Both the position numbers and the translations under genes were made by a program. Positions 11,159 to 24,711 of a stretch of DNA of 64,000 nt are shown in pieces (position 1 is the first letter of the stretch; each line of letters starts with the position of its first letter). This DNA comes from Craspedostauros australis (taxonomy: Eukaryota), in the NCBI GenBank assembly GCA_030167865.1, contig JALAGF010006552.1:1-64000 (forward strand). The letters are read 5' to 3'. Under the pieces are notes generated by a model. It ran no database searches and had not been told where the DNA came from. It saw only the letters and a program-made list of their open reading frames with translations.

Positions 11159-11455
11159 AGAAATCCGTTTGTGCACTGATACTTGGCGGTCGGCCTGTTC
11201 GAATACACACGTGTGGTACGTACTCGGACGACTGACGCATTTCGTGTGCCGGAAATGTCGCATGCTGCTCAAATAGTTTCGAGGGGCAACCGCACAGTGG
11301 TGGCAAGATAACAAAATTGATGGTTCGACTAGTTTAACTGATCGGTCCAACGATGTATTCCACTAGAGCATGGACCAACCACAACGGTACGAAGAGTGAG
11401 GACTGCCCTTCGTCACATCTACTCGCACATTTACAATAACAGGTGCGCTCCAGAG

Positions 11456-14400
11456 TTACGATATGCAACATGCAGCGGATGGTGCTGTGCCGTTGCTTCT
11501 CTCGTCCGTTCCAGACTTGCCTTGCTGCACCACTCGTTGCATCGGGTTCTGCTCGCCTTGACGATGTCTCATCATCCAAGGATGAGACAAAGCCTCGACG
11601 GCGCTGCAACGCTTTGCAGGGTCTGGCTGGCACATTGATTTGATCAATGCCTTTGCCTCATCCGACACTGAACATCAAAGTTCAGTGGAGTATGGTATGC
11701 ATGTATATATGTGTGTGCATCGGACCAGATCGTATCCGTTTATCATGAGGCAATGCATTCAAGTATGATCCATTCCGTTAAACAAATACAATAGATAGAT
11801 AGATTGACAGGCGACAAGTATGAGCAAAGCGTTGGTGTGAGGGAAAGGGGAGATGTCGCGATCACAGCAAGGACAGATTCAACAAGGGGCTCTGCCCATG
11901 AGTGCTGTTATCTCCTCGTATGCACAAAGGTGTCTGCGCTGTTTCTGTGTCTCACCTTGCTTCCATTCATTACCGTGGAACTTGATCTTCCCTCGTTTAT
12001 TTGCTTCGATCAGGGCCTCTTCGGTCTCACCATAGAATGGCTCGTAGCCACACAGGAGGATGTAGAGGGTGACACCGCTGGAGAACACATCCACCTTGTT
12101 GCCGTACCCAGCCCTTGTCCCTGTGGTGAAGATCTCTGGTGCAACGTATCCGGGCGTGCCGCAGCGGCCTCGAACCAACCCATCAACGCCGACGAAGGTC
12201 GACATGCCGAAGTCCCCAACTTTCACCGTCGATCCACCAGTATTCGGAACCTCTCCGATACCGGTACGGTCGCACATCAGTATGTTGGCCGGTTTGATAT
12301 CGCGGTGAGCAAGCCCAGCTCGGCTCATGATGGCAACGCTGCTGAGAATATCTTCCATGATTCGCGCTGCCTCCTGTTCCGCAATCGATCGCTTCTCGAA
12401 TATGTGCTGGAAGAGATCCGTCCCTTCCAACAGCTCCAGCTCGATCACAAGGTTTTGGGACGTTTCGACGACCCCCATGATCTTGAGGAAGGTGGGCGTT
12501 CGCATGGAGTCATTCCTGGCCTTGGCGGTAAGCGTCGCCTGCACGGAAACTTCTCGCACGAGCGTATCTGCTCGCTCCCGTCCCTGCACGACGCGTTTCC
12601 AAAACTGGCTCTTGTCGACAATCTTCAGCGCACAATCACAATGTTGCTGTATCTTTTGCCTGTCATCAGAAGTCAGGTCCATCGAAGACAGTTCATCACG
12701 GTCGTTGCCATGAAAGCGGTTCGTTTTCCTCCTGGCTGGGAAGATGTTGGCGTATCTCCCATTGCCTAGCATGAGGCGCTCGTCGTAGTCGTAGAGGTCC
12801 GCGATTCGGAGCTGCGCCGCATCATTGAGGCATTGTATCCACCTATCTCGATCCTCTCGTTTCGGCACGCGGATCATGAGCTGCAATGATCGTTCAGGAT
12901 CGAAATGGTTCCATTTTTCGAAGCATCGCCAGAGGGCAGCGCCGTAGTTCGTACATACCACATGTGTGAATATGAGTAATCCCAGTTGCATAGAGTGAAG
13001 AAGGAACCACGACCACACAGAGAAGAACAGGAAGAAAAACAGTTGGGAAGTGAACGAAAGTGAGAGAGAAAGGTTTTGGCAACATGGTGCGCGCTGCGTG
13101 TGACCGAAGAACAAAAAAGCAGCAAAAAAGTTGGACAGAAATGTATCAAGTTGAATTGGTTCTTCTCGCTCTCCGTTCTCTGTACACCATCCCAACTCAC
13201 CACACGTTGATCCGCCTTGGCGCAAGGACTTGCGTAGAAGTTCAATTCGAATGAATCTGCGAACTTGTCATGCGGATAGGCCACGGCGCATTCCAAATGT
13301 GCAAATCCCCGAGGTCGCCCTCCCGGAACGGGTGTTGACAAGTCATACTCCAGCAGATAGTTCTGCTGCAGAACGAGACGGCATCTTGACCATTTTCCCA
13401 AGCTCAGATGGTGTTTTTCGCCGATGTATGTCATTAATGCTTCCCCAAGATCGATCATCCCGAACAGGTGCGGCGCATCATCGCTCGTTGCTGCGTGCAG
13501 TGTTTCCGCTTGCGGTCCAGCCAACGTGGAAACGACCGACAATGGACACGCTGCCAACGCAGCTGGAGCAATCAAATAGCGGCGCCCCTCCTGCCATTTG
13601 TCAGTACCTTCCACAGGCTTGAGCAATCGCATCGAGCTGTTGATGGAAATATGATGCTCATCCATCGTTTGAAAGGATGCCGATGATAGCAGAGTTGATG
13701 CTGGCACGCCGGTTATTCGATCTGACAGAGCTGTTTCCCACAAATGGCAGATAGATAGAGAGGTAGACCGATGGATGGATGCAGCGTTCACATTTCGACC
13801 GATTGGTGGAATCAACGGCATCGATTGCATGGTTGATTGCAAGGCAGAATGAAGGGATGGATGAGAGCATGCGTAGTAGTAGTAGTCGGAGCAGTTGCAC
13901 AATCCAACACTCGCCCTGTCAATACGGTACAGCAACGAACACGGGGAGGCACGCTTGTTTACATCGTACAAGGACGCCTGACGTACCATGCCGAGATCCG
14001 GACAGGGCTCCGACGCTCGCTGATGCGGTCATTGGAATATGCATCATGGACATGGGGTGGCCACCATAACTGCTGACGTTGCCTTCCTCACCAAGGAATG
14101 GGCTGGTGGAATCTATTGCGTACTGGGGCATGTTGTGGAACTGCGTGAAGGCACGTTTTGTGTCCAAATCGGTCGTATCCATGCTGCTGCTCAGACTGCT
14201 GGGGATTGAGAGGTTTCCCGTTTGCTGGAATAGCTGCTGCTGTTGGAGTTGTTGCTGGTTCGGGTTGTATTGACGCGTCGGGGATTGCGGGTATCCATGT
14301 TGAGCCTGCGTGCTGTTGTACATGTCAATCTGCGAGGCAAGCAAAGACCCTCCTTGGGTGGTTCGACGCACGGCGGGAAGAGTATGCGAGAACTGCTGGT

Positions 14401-15346
14401 CCAACGAGGGATCCTGAACATTGGTGGCAGTGATGTTGGTGGGATGTCCCGAGGTGTTGATCTGGGGCAGCCGGGGCAGGTTGTGCGTGCTGAGTAATTG
14501 GTGCTGCTGTTGTTGGTGGGCATGGAATCGAGTGGACGGTGACTTGCTGTCGAATTCTGACAGCTCGCAGCTTTCCAACACGAGCCCCAACTCGCTGTGC
14601 TGCGGTGATATGGTTGGATCGTACATCGATGACATGTCCTGACCAGGTGCATTGGTACCATACGCTTCAGCAGTTGGATCATACAGATAGTCTGTCGCCG
14701 TTCGGTGGTAGTGTGGTTGCGAACCATGGTGAACTGCATATTGCTGCTGCTGCTGCACGAATTGGTTCAGATACGACGAGGATAGCGAGGTTGCCGATAG
14801 TGACAGCCCCAACCCACCGGCCGTGCTCACAGTTGCGTTGGCGAGGATGTCATCATCGGCTGCATCTTCTGTGCGGGTGTTGGGATCGACAACAATTGGA
14901 TGCTCTGACCTTTCTCCTCGGTCCATACTAGTGGCATACCCATACCCATACCCATACCCTTGTCCGGCCGCGACACGATTTGGTGGAGCTGTGTTGGAAT
15001 ACATGCGTGGCAAAGGTGCTGCCGAAGTTGGTGTCACCGTGTCTTGGGGATCTTGCCGATCCAACGGATGAGATTGCGATGCCTCATCGGCGGCGCTTGG
15101 TGATGCATTACTCGCGCTCGTACTCATACTCGTAGTATGTAATGGAGTGGATGGTGCCGATTGGATGTCATTGGGCTGGGCCGCTGAGGCTAACGCATTC
15201 GAACTGACCGAGTACGACTTTGTGTGTCCCCGCCGCAACGTGCTGTCAAGGCCGCCCTTCGAGCCGCTGTTCTTCCGCGAGAGCTGTCGGTCGGAGCTGG
15301 AACGCGAGAACATTCTGCCGAAAAATCCCGAGCTGCTGGGCGACAT
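11456..15346 (-). CDS. CAMK-group Ser/Thr kinase with long low-complexity N-terminus, PH domain and C-terminal CCIS; 4 exons
   Basis: Exons are 15346-13987, 13730-13201, 12880-11956 and 11667-11456, all GT-AG and phase-consistent. PH-like: GKWSRCRLVLQQNYLLEY...DRDRWIQCLNDA. Kinase motifs: LGNGRYA, ALKIVDK, HRDIKPAN, DFG, GTPGYVAPE, DVFSSG and DPAKRCSAVEALSHPW. Confidence 0.9.
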
Positions 15347-18300
15347 TGTGGTTTTGTGGTCCTGGTCAGTCGTTTGCGTGGGGATCGCAGCCACAATGCC
15401 GGCCTGGCCAGTGATTGATTGTGCTCGTCGCACTCCAGCCTGCTGTGTGGGAGCGGAGGAGTCGAAGTCGCTGGGGAACACGGTAATTTGTCCACTCACG
15501 ACTCCACGAGCTCGTGATTGAGCTGAATCGAGGGTAGGTATTGAGTTCCAGGAAGGCAGAGGAGAGCACAGCACAACACAACAGAGCTGAGCAGAGAAAG
15601 GAACGTGGTGCTTCGCGAATGCTCTTTGTTGTGGTTGGTGCCGAAGCAATTTGTGGAAGAAGTGGAGGGTGAGATCGTGTTTGCGGAAGGCAGCTTTCGT
15701 CGCCTTTTCTCTTTTTGGCGCTCATCTGTCCTTCTGTACGTCCGCTTCGCAACGGGAACATGGCAGGTTCGGGATTGCGCATTCGGACAAATACACTCGT
15801 GATCAGAATCGACTGGTTCAAATACGAATAATAATGTTATTTTCATGTATCCTAATAACTAAGTTAATTTGACTTTGTGCCGTGGCCTCCATATTAGGTG
15901 ACGAGAGATGATGAATAAAGGAGGGATTCACTAAATCAGAAAGCGAATCATAATGCACGTTTCGATGATCAGACACGAGCGATGGTCAGACGAAAACGTG
16001 CCGCGTGTTGCCATGTTAGGGAATCCGACTTCTGTGCATATTGTTTCGTCCACAAAACCCATGCTGATAGGCCGTGTTGGAGCCATCCCACCAAGCGTAG
16101 AATCAAGTGGAGTATTCTCCTCTCATCTCCTTTCCACTAATAGTCCACTCTCGGCTTGTATAGTATGCATTCATGTTGAAAAGAATGCTCTCTCCGCATC
16201 CGTACGAGCCACCACATCTCAGGGCGCAAACTCTATGTTGCCCAGGCACGTACTATATGTGAGAGCTATTATATGGGTTAAGCGCGCAGGTCCCTTCAGT
16301 GGGTGAAAGTGCTGTCCACATCTGAGTCGACAGCGCATTCTTTTCCTTGGATCTTTGCACATCGTTCGTATTATCGTACGTGTATGAGCTATGGTACGCG
16401 TATGCAGGGTATTGCACGCCAGTTGCATGGTAGCATGATGCGTGGTAATATTACATACGCGCACTCTACTTGCAGTGAAGCAAGTTGTATGCTTGCAGAA
16501 TTTGTCAGCAATCGCTATCGGGATGACTTCAAACACTGGAGTAAAAGCACGAAAGGCGCTGTGGAACAGAGGGCACGCAGATCGCGCTTCTTGTTGAGTA
16601 CCATGCATCCCTGTACTCGTAGCGTACCAACAGAGCATGTAAGCTACAAAGGACACAGCGCAATGTGCAGAACAGGATGCGGAACAGGATACAGAACACG
16701 GCGTCGGACAGGACAGACAGTGCGGCCCAGACACCATGGTAGGACTTGCACTCGCACCCACAATTTCCAAAGTCACGCAACACAGAACGACAAACTCCCA
16801 CAGGCAACTCGAGCAATCTCCAGCAAGAAAGGGAAACGGCATTGCGTCGGAACACCAACAGCAGCAGTGGTGCTTTACCAATCCCGCCTTACCACAGCGG
16901 CATTGAATATCACTCGAGTTTGGAAATGGATGTGCAGCATCCTTCACTTGTGTGGGCATGAGCACGAGCACGAGCTACGAACAAGAATGATCTTCCACAA
17001 TGATCTCATGCGCCATGTGCCATGCGGGAGGGTGCATCGAGCATCAATCCCATCAGCGTTGATTGAATTTTGCTGGATGGTTCTGGCATCTTGAACCCGC
17101 CACGCTCTTGATGATATGCCGAAGCCTCCGAAGGCCCATGAGGTCTCCTTCCTGTCTTGTTGTGACTCCAGTATTTGGATTTCTGTTTTCGGTTCTGACG
17201 GAAGAAGTGTGGACCCTCGCATTGTCGGCGCTTGCGAACATCAGCGCATCGTCATCGTCGTCGTCGTTGGCACAGTCGTTATCACCGAGAGCAGCAACGC
17301 AGCAGCAATAGGAGAGCAACAGCGACATCTTCGGGACGTTGGATTCACACGCGTGTCTCGGCGGAGAGAGCGAATGAGCGAGACCAGGTTCGTAGCCAAC
17401 TTCACTTCTCAAAGACAAAGTATAATACCATACATACTCATGATGGGAGGCACCGTCTCCGTGCTTGGTTCTCCATCAGAGAAGCAGAAGAAGAATCAGA
17501 AGAAGAAGTAGACAGTCTTGTGACGTGCTGGGATGGCATCGGAGGACCTCTTGTTCGTACTCCACTCTTGTGGTGGCTGCAAGGGTTGGTCAAAGGCGTC
17601 TCCGGTTGTGCATCCGTCTCTGGTTTGGTTCGTTCCTCCATCTGTGAGTCCATGATAGCGCGAGCACCTCGTATTGTATGGTGCACCATACGTGTAGTAG
17701 CTCGCGCCAAAGGGACGCGTTCTGCCAATATTTGTGTTGGTTTGGTGTGTTCGCTGCGGGTTTGGACATCTTGTCCGCTCTGCGTCGTTCTCTTTGGGGA
17801 GCGGGGAGCGGAGAGCAGAGTGCCTCGTTTGTGTGTTTCTTCAGCCCATTTTTTCTCCTCAGTCCACTCGTTGGCCCAAAATGTGAGGGTGAACGAGTTC
17901 CCAAGCGGAATGGATGCACAGACACACAGACAGCGTTTGTTATGGGTATTAGTGGTGCTGCTGACAGAGCAATACCGAAAGGGTACCGCACGCCCGGACA
18001 GTCGGACATGAGCGCGCAAAAGGCTTGTTTGTGGCTACCTCACAATGACCATTGGGTTTCTGTTGTTCCACGAGGTGTCGTGTGGGCTGTGCAATACGAC
18101 ACGGAGCGAAGCATGCATTCAATGGCTGGTCACGAATCATAAAGCCGGCTCGCGTCTGACGGGAGGATTTTGTTAAAGCCTAAACGCGCTTTCTATCACC
18201 TGTTCAACACATCAACAACTGTTTCGTCTCATGGAACAACGAAGAGATGCCTCGAATTTGAGCGTGGCAGGCCTGGTTCCCGCAGTGTTTGTGCGCGTTT

Positions 18301-18876
18301 CTCTTCGACAAACAGAACAACGATGATGACCACAGCCCCCTCTTGTGTTGTCTTGGCTGACGCGTTGTGCGAACTTGTAACTACGATCTATCTGCCTACT
18401 CGCGCCATCAACAACGGCACCACGTGCTGTTCCCCTCTTTGGTTCTGTGTCGCTCATGTTACCGTATCCGACAACACCAGCCGCAAGGAAGGGAAGAAGC
18501 AACAGTGTGAGAAAGTCTGCCACCGACCGATCCCCCTGCTGATTCATCACAACTGTTGCCTGCACTTTACAAATCCAGCGACACACTCATTCAACCACTC
18601 ACAGCTCGTGCTCGTCGACCGTAATCCACCTATCCTCGCTCGCACCACTGCGCTATCAGTACGGTTCTCGTCCTTTGCAAGCCCAGACAGACATCCACAG
18701 CTCGCATGGTGCCATAGGTCGTGCCATCCGCAATCAGGACTGTCGCCACCACCATCACCATCACCGCCAATCTCTGCCATCGTCATAGTAGTACCATACT
18801 TCAGGCTATACACCACGAGAGGCCAAACGAGGACCGATCCAACAACCAAGAAGGCTCATCGTTGCTCTCCGCTGTT

Positions 18877-18929
18877 CATTGATGCCCATTGATGCCCATT
18901 GATGCCCATTGATGCCCATTGATGCTCAT
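18877..18929. repeat. 10-bp tandem repeat (CATTGATGCC) x about 5
   Basis: GATGCCCATT occurs four times (18881-18920), followed by one degenerate copy. Confidence 0.95.
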
Positions 18930-19538
18930 GGACGATCGGAGCGTTCCTCAAGTAACTCGGACTCCACTCGCACTACTGCAACAACCAACACAAACACATT
19001 CCAGGAGGACGCAACAGAGGCAACAACGCAGCAACTTCGCGACAACGAATCGAACAACGTTTTCGACCAAATCCATTGCTGTTTCTCGTGCAGAAAGGTT
19101 GCTGCGAACTCTCGGACATCGAAGCAGCTTGCCGTCTGCATTCAGCAACTGGTGACCGCCAATTGACAATCAACAATTGACGAGAGAGACTACCCACATT
19201 CCACAAACAACGCTGCGATTCTTGGTTGACGACGCAAGCGAGGAGACGAACAATACCATCCTCGGCTGCATCATATTATAGAATAGGTCGTACGACTACA
19301 GGTACCAATACGAGCACAAGCACCAATACGCGTGCCGCTACACCTCTCCAAGGACCAGCAAGTGAGCAGCCTGACTCTCTCTCTCTCTCTCTCTCTCTGG
19401 CGTAGCATCATCCTCACGATCCAAAGAGGGCAGAAAACTCCATTGGTACCAATACTGTACATACTCGCAGAGCAGGATTGTTGGGAGCACGACATTCGGC
19501 ACGCCAGCGCGTCTTGTTGTGTAGAGTAGAGTACTCAT

Positions 19539-22500
19539 ATGGTAAACATGGCACCAGCAGGCCCAAGATCTACAGGGGCGGTGCCCGCCTCCGAGCTCTC
19601 CCATTCGAAGCACTCCACGGATTCCATTTTCTCGGGAGAGTCGAGCATCGTCTCGGATCCGATCGATATCAAACTAATTCAGAGCCTGCATATGGGAGTT
19701 TCATCTCTGCATCAGCAACAATCACAATCGCAGCAACCGCAGCCACAGATATCACGATCGTTCCAAAATGATGCTCAGGGTGCTGCGGTGGAACCAATCG
19801 TTGGTGCAAATGATGCGCAAGGAGACAGTGTCAAGGAACATCCGCTGGAACAGTCGAAAGTGAGTTCGGGTGCTGGCAGTACCGCTCATACACTCGGCAC
19901 TAGTTCTGACACAAGCACAAATGAGTTGCATCGAGCGAACAGCCTGGACATGGATTTGGTGGTACAGTCTAAGCCACACGGGGCGGTGGCACAGCAGCAA
20001 GTGCAAGCACATCCACAACAGCCACAACAGTCACAACAGTCAATGCAGGCGCAGGCACAGACGCAGACGCAGACGAACATGGAGATGTCTCGCACAGGCG
20101 ACGGAGAATTCCATAACGAAACCAGCTACTACTGCGTGGGCCGCGACTTCTACGACGATGGGTACAATGAACAGGATGACATCGTGAGTGTCGAGGACAC
20201 GATCGACTTCAAGAAGCTGCGGTTTCATGGTCGCCAGAAGGAGTTGAGGGTCATGCAGATGACGTACGATCGGCTCATGAGCTACTGGAAGATCACCAAA
20301 TCGCCCGACGGGGCACCACCATCGCCGACCAAGCCAGGCAAGACCAAATCGAAGAGGAGCAGCGCCAACAAGCCGCCCCTTCCTCCCAACGCCTGCATAA
20401 TACGAGGGGTGTCTGGTTGCGGCAAGTCATCGTTGGTTTCGCGTTTCGCGGCCATGCAAACGGCGACCAAGCCGTACGTTCTGAGGGGCAAGTTTGATCA
20501 GAGCAACGTCGCCAATCCATTGTCAGCGTTCGGGGAAGCCTTCTCGGGTCTGGTTTCATACTTTGATGGCGCAGGCAAGCGACCCAGCGTGTCGTCCCAC
20601 AATTCCAAGGCTGCTGCGGCAGCTGCCACCGACGCGGAACAGCGAGACGCGGAGCTGAACCGAATACGTCTATTCTTGCACGATCATTTCGGTCAGGACT
20701 CACGCCAAATACGTCAGTACCTTCGCATGCTGAATCCTGCGCTGGAGCAGCTGTTTGGCAACATTCCGCAGCAGCTCCTGCAGAAGCACCAGCTCAAGAA
20801 GCAGGCGAAGTCGTTGGAGAAAGCACGCAAGATATCTGCTTCTGCCGGAGAGCCTCCCACTGGCAGGCTCAAACGGCGCAGCATGATCCTCGGTGGAATG
20901 AAACGCGGAAGCCGACGATCCAGCGTGATCAACCGACAATCAGAAGTCAGCGTCGAAATCCTCCGTGCGCTTGCATCGACCTCGCAATCCCTCAAGATGG
21001 ACGACGAAGCTTCCAGCGCGACCGGAGCTGGTCATTCACATCTGCCGCAGCACGAGCAACAGAAGCCGTTCCATTCTGGGCATGGCCGCAGTCATCACAG
21101 CGATCGTGGGACAAGCATAGCAGGCAACGCATGGAATCAAATGAAGTACACTATCCTGTCGGTTTGCAAGGCTGTCGCAACGAAGGATCGTCCGTTGGTC
21201 GTGCACATTGATGGTGAGTAATGCATTTATGCAACTGTGTGTGCGAATACATACGCATGCGCATGCGCATATACATGTGCGGACCCAAATGTATTCTGTG
21301 TGTTTGAGTCTGTCTTTGTGGTTTACATGCATCGCACCACGCTTGATTCCAGAAATGAAGATGACGCGATTCCTGTATCATCTCAATGCGACTTCCCCAA
21401 GCCACCTCAATGGTTCGCTAACTCCCATGGTCTTCAATGCAACCTCTCTCTCTCTCTCTCTATCTGCTTGTGTTGGTCCGTTGGTCCATCTCAACACCTT
21501 CCGCTGGATACACGGGGCAATCACACCCACGGAATGGATACCTCGCCATGCTGTCCTACGCCACACAATACTCCATACGATGCCTCATGCAATGTCACAT
21601 CGCTTGCTTCGATTCGATTCAATCCAATTCATATCAATTCCAGATCTGCAATGGGCGGACAATGACTCGCTCAATCTTTTCTCTTCGCTTTTGCTGGACA
21701 CCGAACTGCAGTTCTGCTTCTTCATCGGCTCTTTCCGGTCTGACGAAGTCGACTACAACCCAGCCCATGCCCACGAAGAGCGATGCGGCTTCGGACACCC
21801 GCTGTCAAAGTCCTTGCACGAATTGTCCAAGACGAGACCATTCAAAATGATCGATTTGAAGAACCTGACGCTGCAGCAGACGAAGCAATTCCTTGCCATC
21901 TGCCTGAAACTGGACGAAGGAAGCCAAGGCAGTGATTCCTACGAGGACATTTTCGGGAGCGACGACGATGACGACGGCATGAACATCGATCGAAGCGGAA
22001 GCCAATCCCCCGCCAACGACCTGCTCGGGTTATCGAAGGTCATCCATGACAAGACACACGGCAACATCTTCTTCACGCTGCAAATGCTCGAGGAGCTGAT
22101 CCGCAACAACGTCGTCTACTTCTCCAGGATGATGTTTTGTTGGGAGTGGAATTTGGAAAACGTAGATCTGGATGCCGTGCTCTCCGACAACATCATCGAG
22201 GCCATCGTGTCGAAGATCCAGAACATATCGAACAAGACGTTGCAGTCGGTCCTCAAGGTTGCCTCGTACACCAACACATCGACGATACACATGGACATCT
22301 TACATCACCTCCTGGGAATGGACGGCATATCGCTCACGGAAGACGAGCTCCGAGAAGTCCTGGACGAAGCCATCGAGCAGGGTCTACTGCAGAATGCCTT
22401 GGGGTCGATGGAATACCGTTTCGTCCATGACCGCATCCAGCAGGCCTCGGCGTCGCTGGTGCCTGAAGGAAAGGAACGCGAGACCTTCCGCTACCACATG

Positions 22501-24711
22501 GGCCACCGCCTGCTGAAGCTGGCGCGGACCAAGAGCACCCTGAAGCTGACGCCCGAGGAACGGAGCTGGATGTGGTACGCTGCTGTGGATCATTTCAACG
22601 CGACGCATGAAACGATGCATCATGACCCCGTCTTCATCGCGCGCTTGAATCTGCAAGTTGCCGAGAAGGCAGTCGACATGGCCGCCTTCGACACGGCGTC
22701 GGATTATCTGCAAATGAGCCTTGCCATGCTGCTCAGGCTCAATGATCCGTGGAAGAACTACTATGTCTTGTCACTGCGTCTGTACAGGATGGTTGCGAAC
22801 GTCGAGTTCTACCAAGGCCACTTCGAGATCGGATACGGAATCGCCGAGCGTGTGCTGATGAACGCCAAGACCACGGCAGACAAGCTGCCGACGTACATCG
22901 CCCTGGCAGTGGCGTTGGGACAGGAAGAAGAGCACGAGGAGGCCATCGAGCTCAACCGCGACGTCCTTTGGATGCTCGATGCATACCCGAAGCGATTCTA
23001 CGCCCCGCGCATCATCAACCATCTCTTGTTCCTCAAGCAGTACATGGCGAGGAAGTCCAACGCCAAAGTCATGCAGCTCCCATGCAGCGACGACAGCAAG
23101 CTCGAGCAGAAGCTCGCATTGCTGAACGAGCTGTCATCACAGGCCGTATTTTGCGACAACGTTCCTGAATTTCAGCTCTCGATGCTCAAGATGGTGCGTC
23201 TGACCTTGGAGCACGGCCATTCCAGTTACTCGGCGATTGCGTTCGTCAAGTACGGCATGTACCTTTCCAACTCCGGCAACCAGATAGGCGCGAAGCGGAT
23301 GGTAAAGCTGGCGCAGAACATCTACCAGCGATATCCTTCACAGAATGGCCAGTCGATAGCGTCCTTCATCATGGCGCATTGGATCGATCCATGGACGCAG
23401 AGTCACGAGGCGACTTTGCAGATGTACCAGCACGGGCAGCGGGTCGGCATGCAGGTCGGTGAGATGAACAACGCCTTCCTCAATGCCTACAGCGCATGGC
23501 ACCATGCCTACCTGTGCGGATACAGCCTGCAACAGTTGGAGATGACAGGACATCGGTTGCAAGAGAAGATGCGAATCGACGGAGACGGTTCCACCGGCGC
23601 TCGGTTGAATCAGTCCATGATCGGTGTCAATGCGCTGGTGTTGGGGACAGGTGAGACGATCGACTGGGACGAGCTGTCGACGTTGCAGGCACAGCACCAG
23701 GGTAATTCTGAGCAATATCGGTTGCTGTTTGGGTTCATCACACGTTGCCAGCTCGGTGTGTACTTTGGCAACTTCCGCTTCGCCTCCGATATGGCCCGCA
23801 GGATGTGGAGGGTTTTGCCCAGGGATACAGCGTACGTCGTCGTCACTCTACGGTGCTTCTTTGCCGGTCTGGCGGCATCGGGAAGGGCCCGTCAGACCGG
23901 CATGCGCGGGTACATTCAGGTGGCGAGGAAATGGATGAATCAGCTGATTGCAGCAAATCGATCCAAAGACCACACTGACACGCACCGGGAACTCATCATG
24001 GAAGCGGATCTGAAGTCCGCCATCGGAGCCAGAGAGTCGGTGGTCAGAGACAGCTTCGACCTCGCCATCAAGGCATCGCTCGAGGTTGGCCACCTGCAGG
24101 ACGCCGCGCTGGCATCTGAATTGCTTGCGGAGTACTACATCAAGTCCATCGACGAAGCGAACACGGGCTGCGTTAGCTGCTGCTGCTGCTGCTGTGGCGC
24201 AAGCAGTCAGAGCAAGAACAAAACTACGCAAGAGCTCACGCTGATGGCTGCAAAGTATCACATGACGAATGCCCATGGCATGTACGCAGAATGGGGAGCC
24301 AAGGCGAAGGTCAAGCACCTGTCAAAGACGCGCAGCGACTACCTGGACTGCGTCAGCACGGACTGGAAGTCAGTCTCAGCAACGACGTCGGAATTCAACG
24401 TGCGACGTGGTGGCAACGCCGCGACGTCGACCACGGATGGGCAGAGCGTGTCCGGCCGCGGTTCGCTTGATGTGGATGACATCGTGATGGAGCTGAACTC
24501 GTCGCATAACCGCAGCGCTCACGAGCACCGTCCCCGCTTGCCATCCATTGGGCCGCCGGCGGGATCCAGCCAACCGAAGCCGACATCATCCAGGTCAATT
24601 CGCAGGGTAGCGTCGTTGGACCGCCTGCACGAGCTGGCCGGTGGTAGGAGCCTGTCCAGGTCGAGACACGGTGAAGCAACGAACACGGACACATCCTCAA
24701 TCGGTGTCTAA
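19539..24711 (+). CDS. STAND-class P-loop ATPase (AAA_16/COG3899-like) with C-terminal TPR-like helical region; 2 exons
   Basis: Exons are 19539-21213 and 21644-24711, and the intron splits Walker B (VVHIDD|LQWAD). Other motifs: FHGRQKE, Walker A GVSGCGKS, GSFRSDEV, KTHGNIFF, YRFVHDRIQQA and YAEWGAKAKV. Confidence 0.88.

Noticed and set aside
16219..17094. Overlapping 250 and 263 aa ORFs on opposite strands
   Set aside because: Their Cys/Arg/His-rich composition looks random, they lack the codon bias of the real genes, and they have no motifs.
11456..24711. Kinase and STAND gene as a split bacterial kinase-ATPase fusion
   Set aside because: The kinase is a eukaryotic PH-CAMK type with introns, lies on the opposite strand and is 4 kb away.
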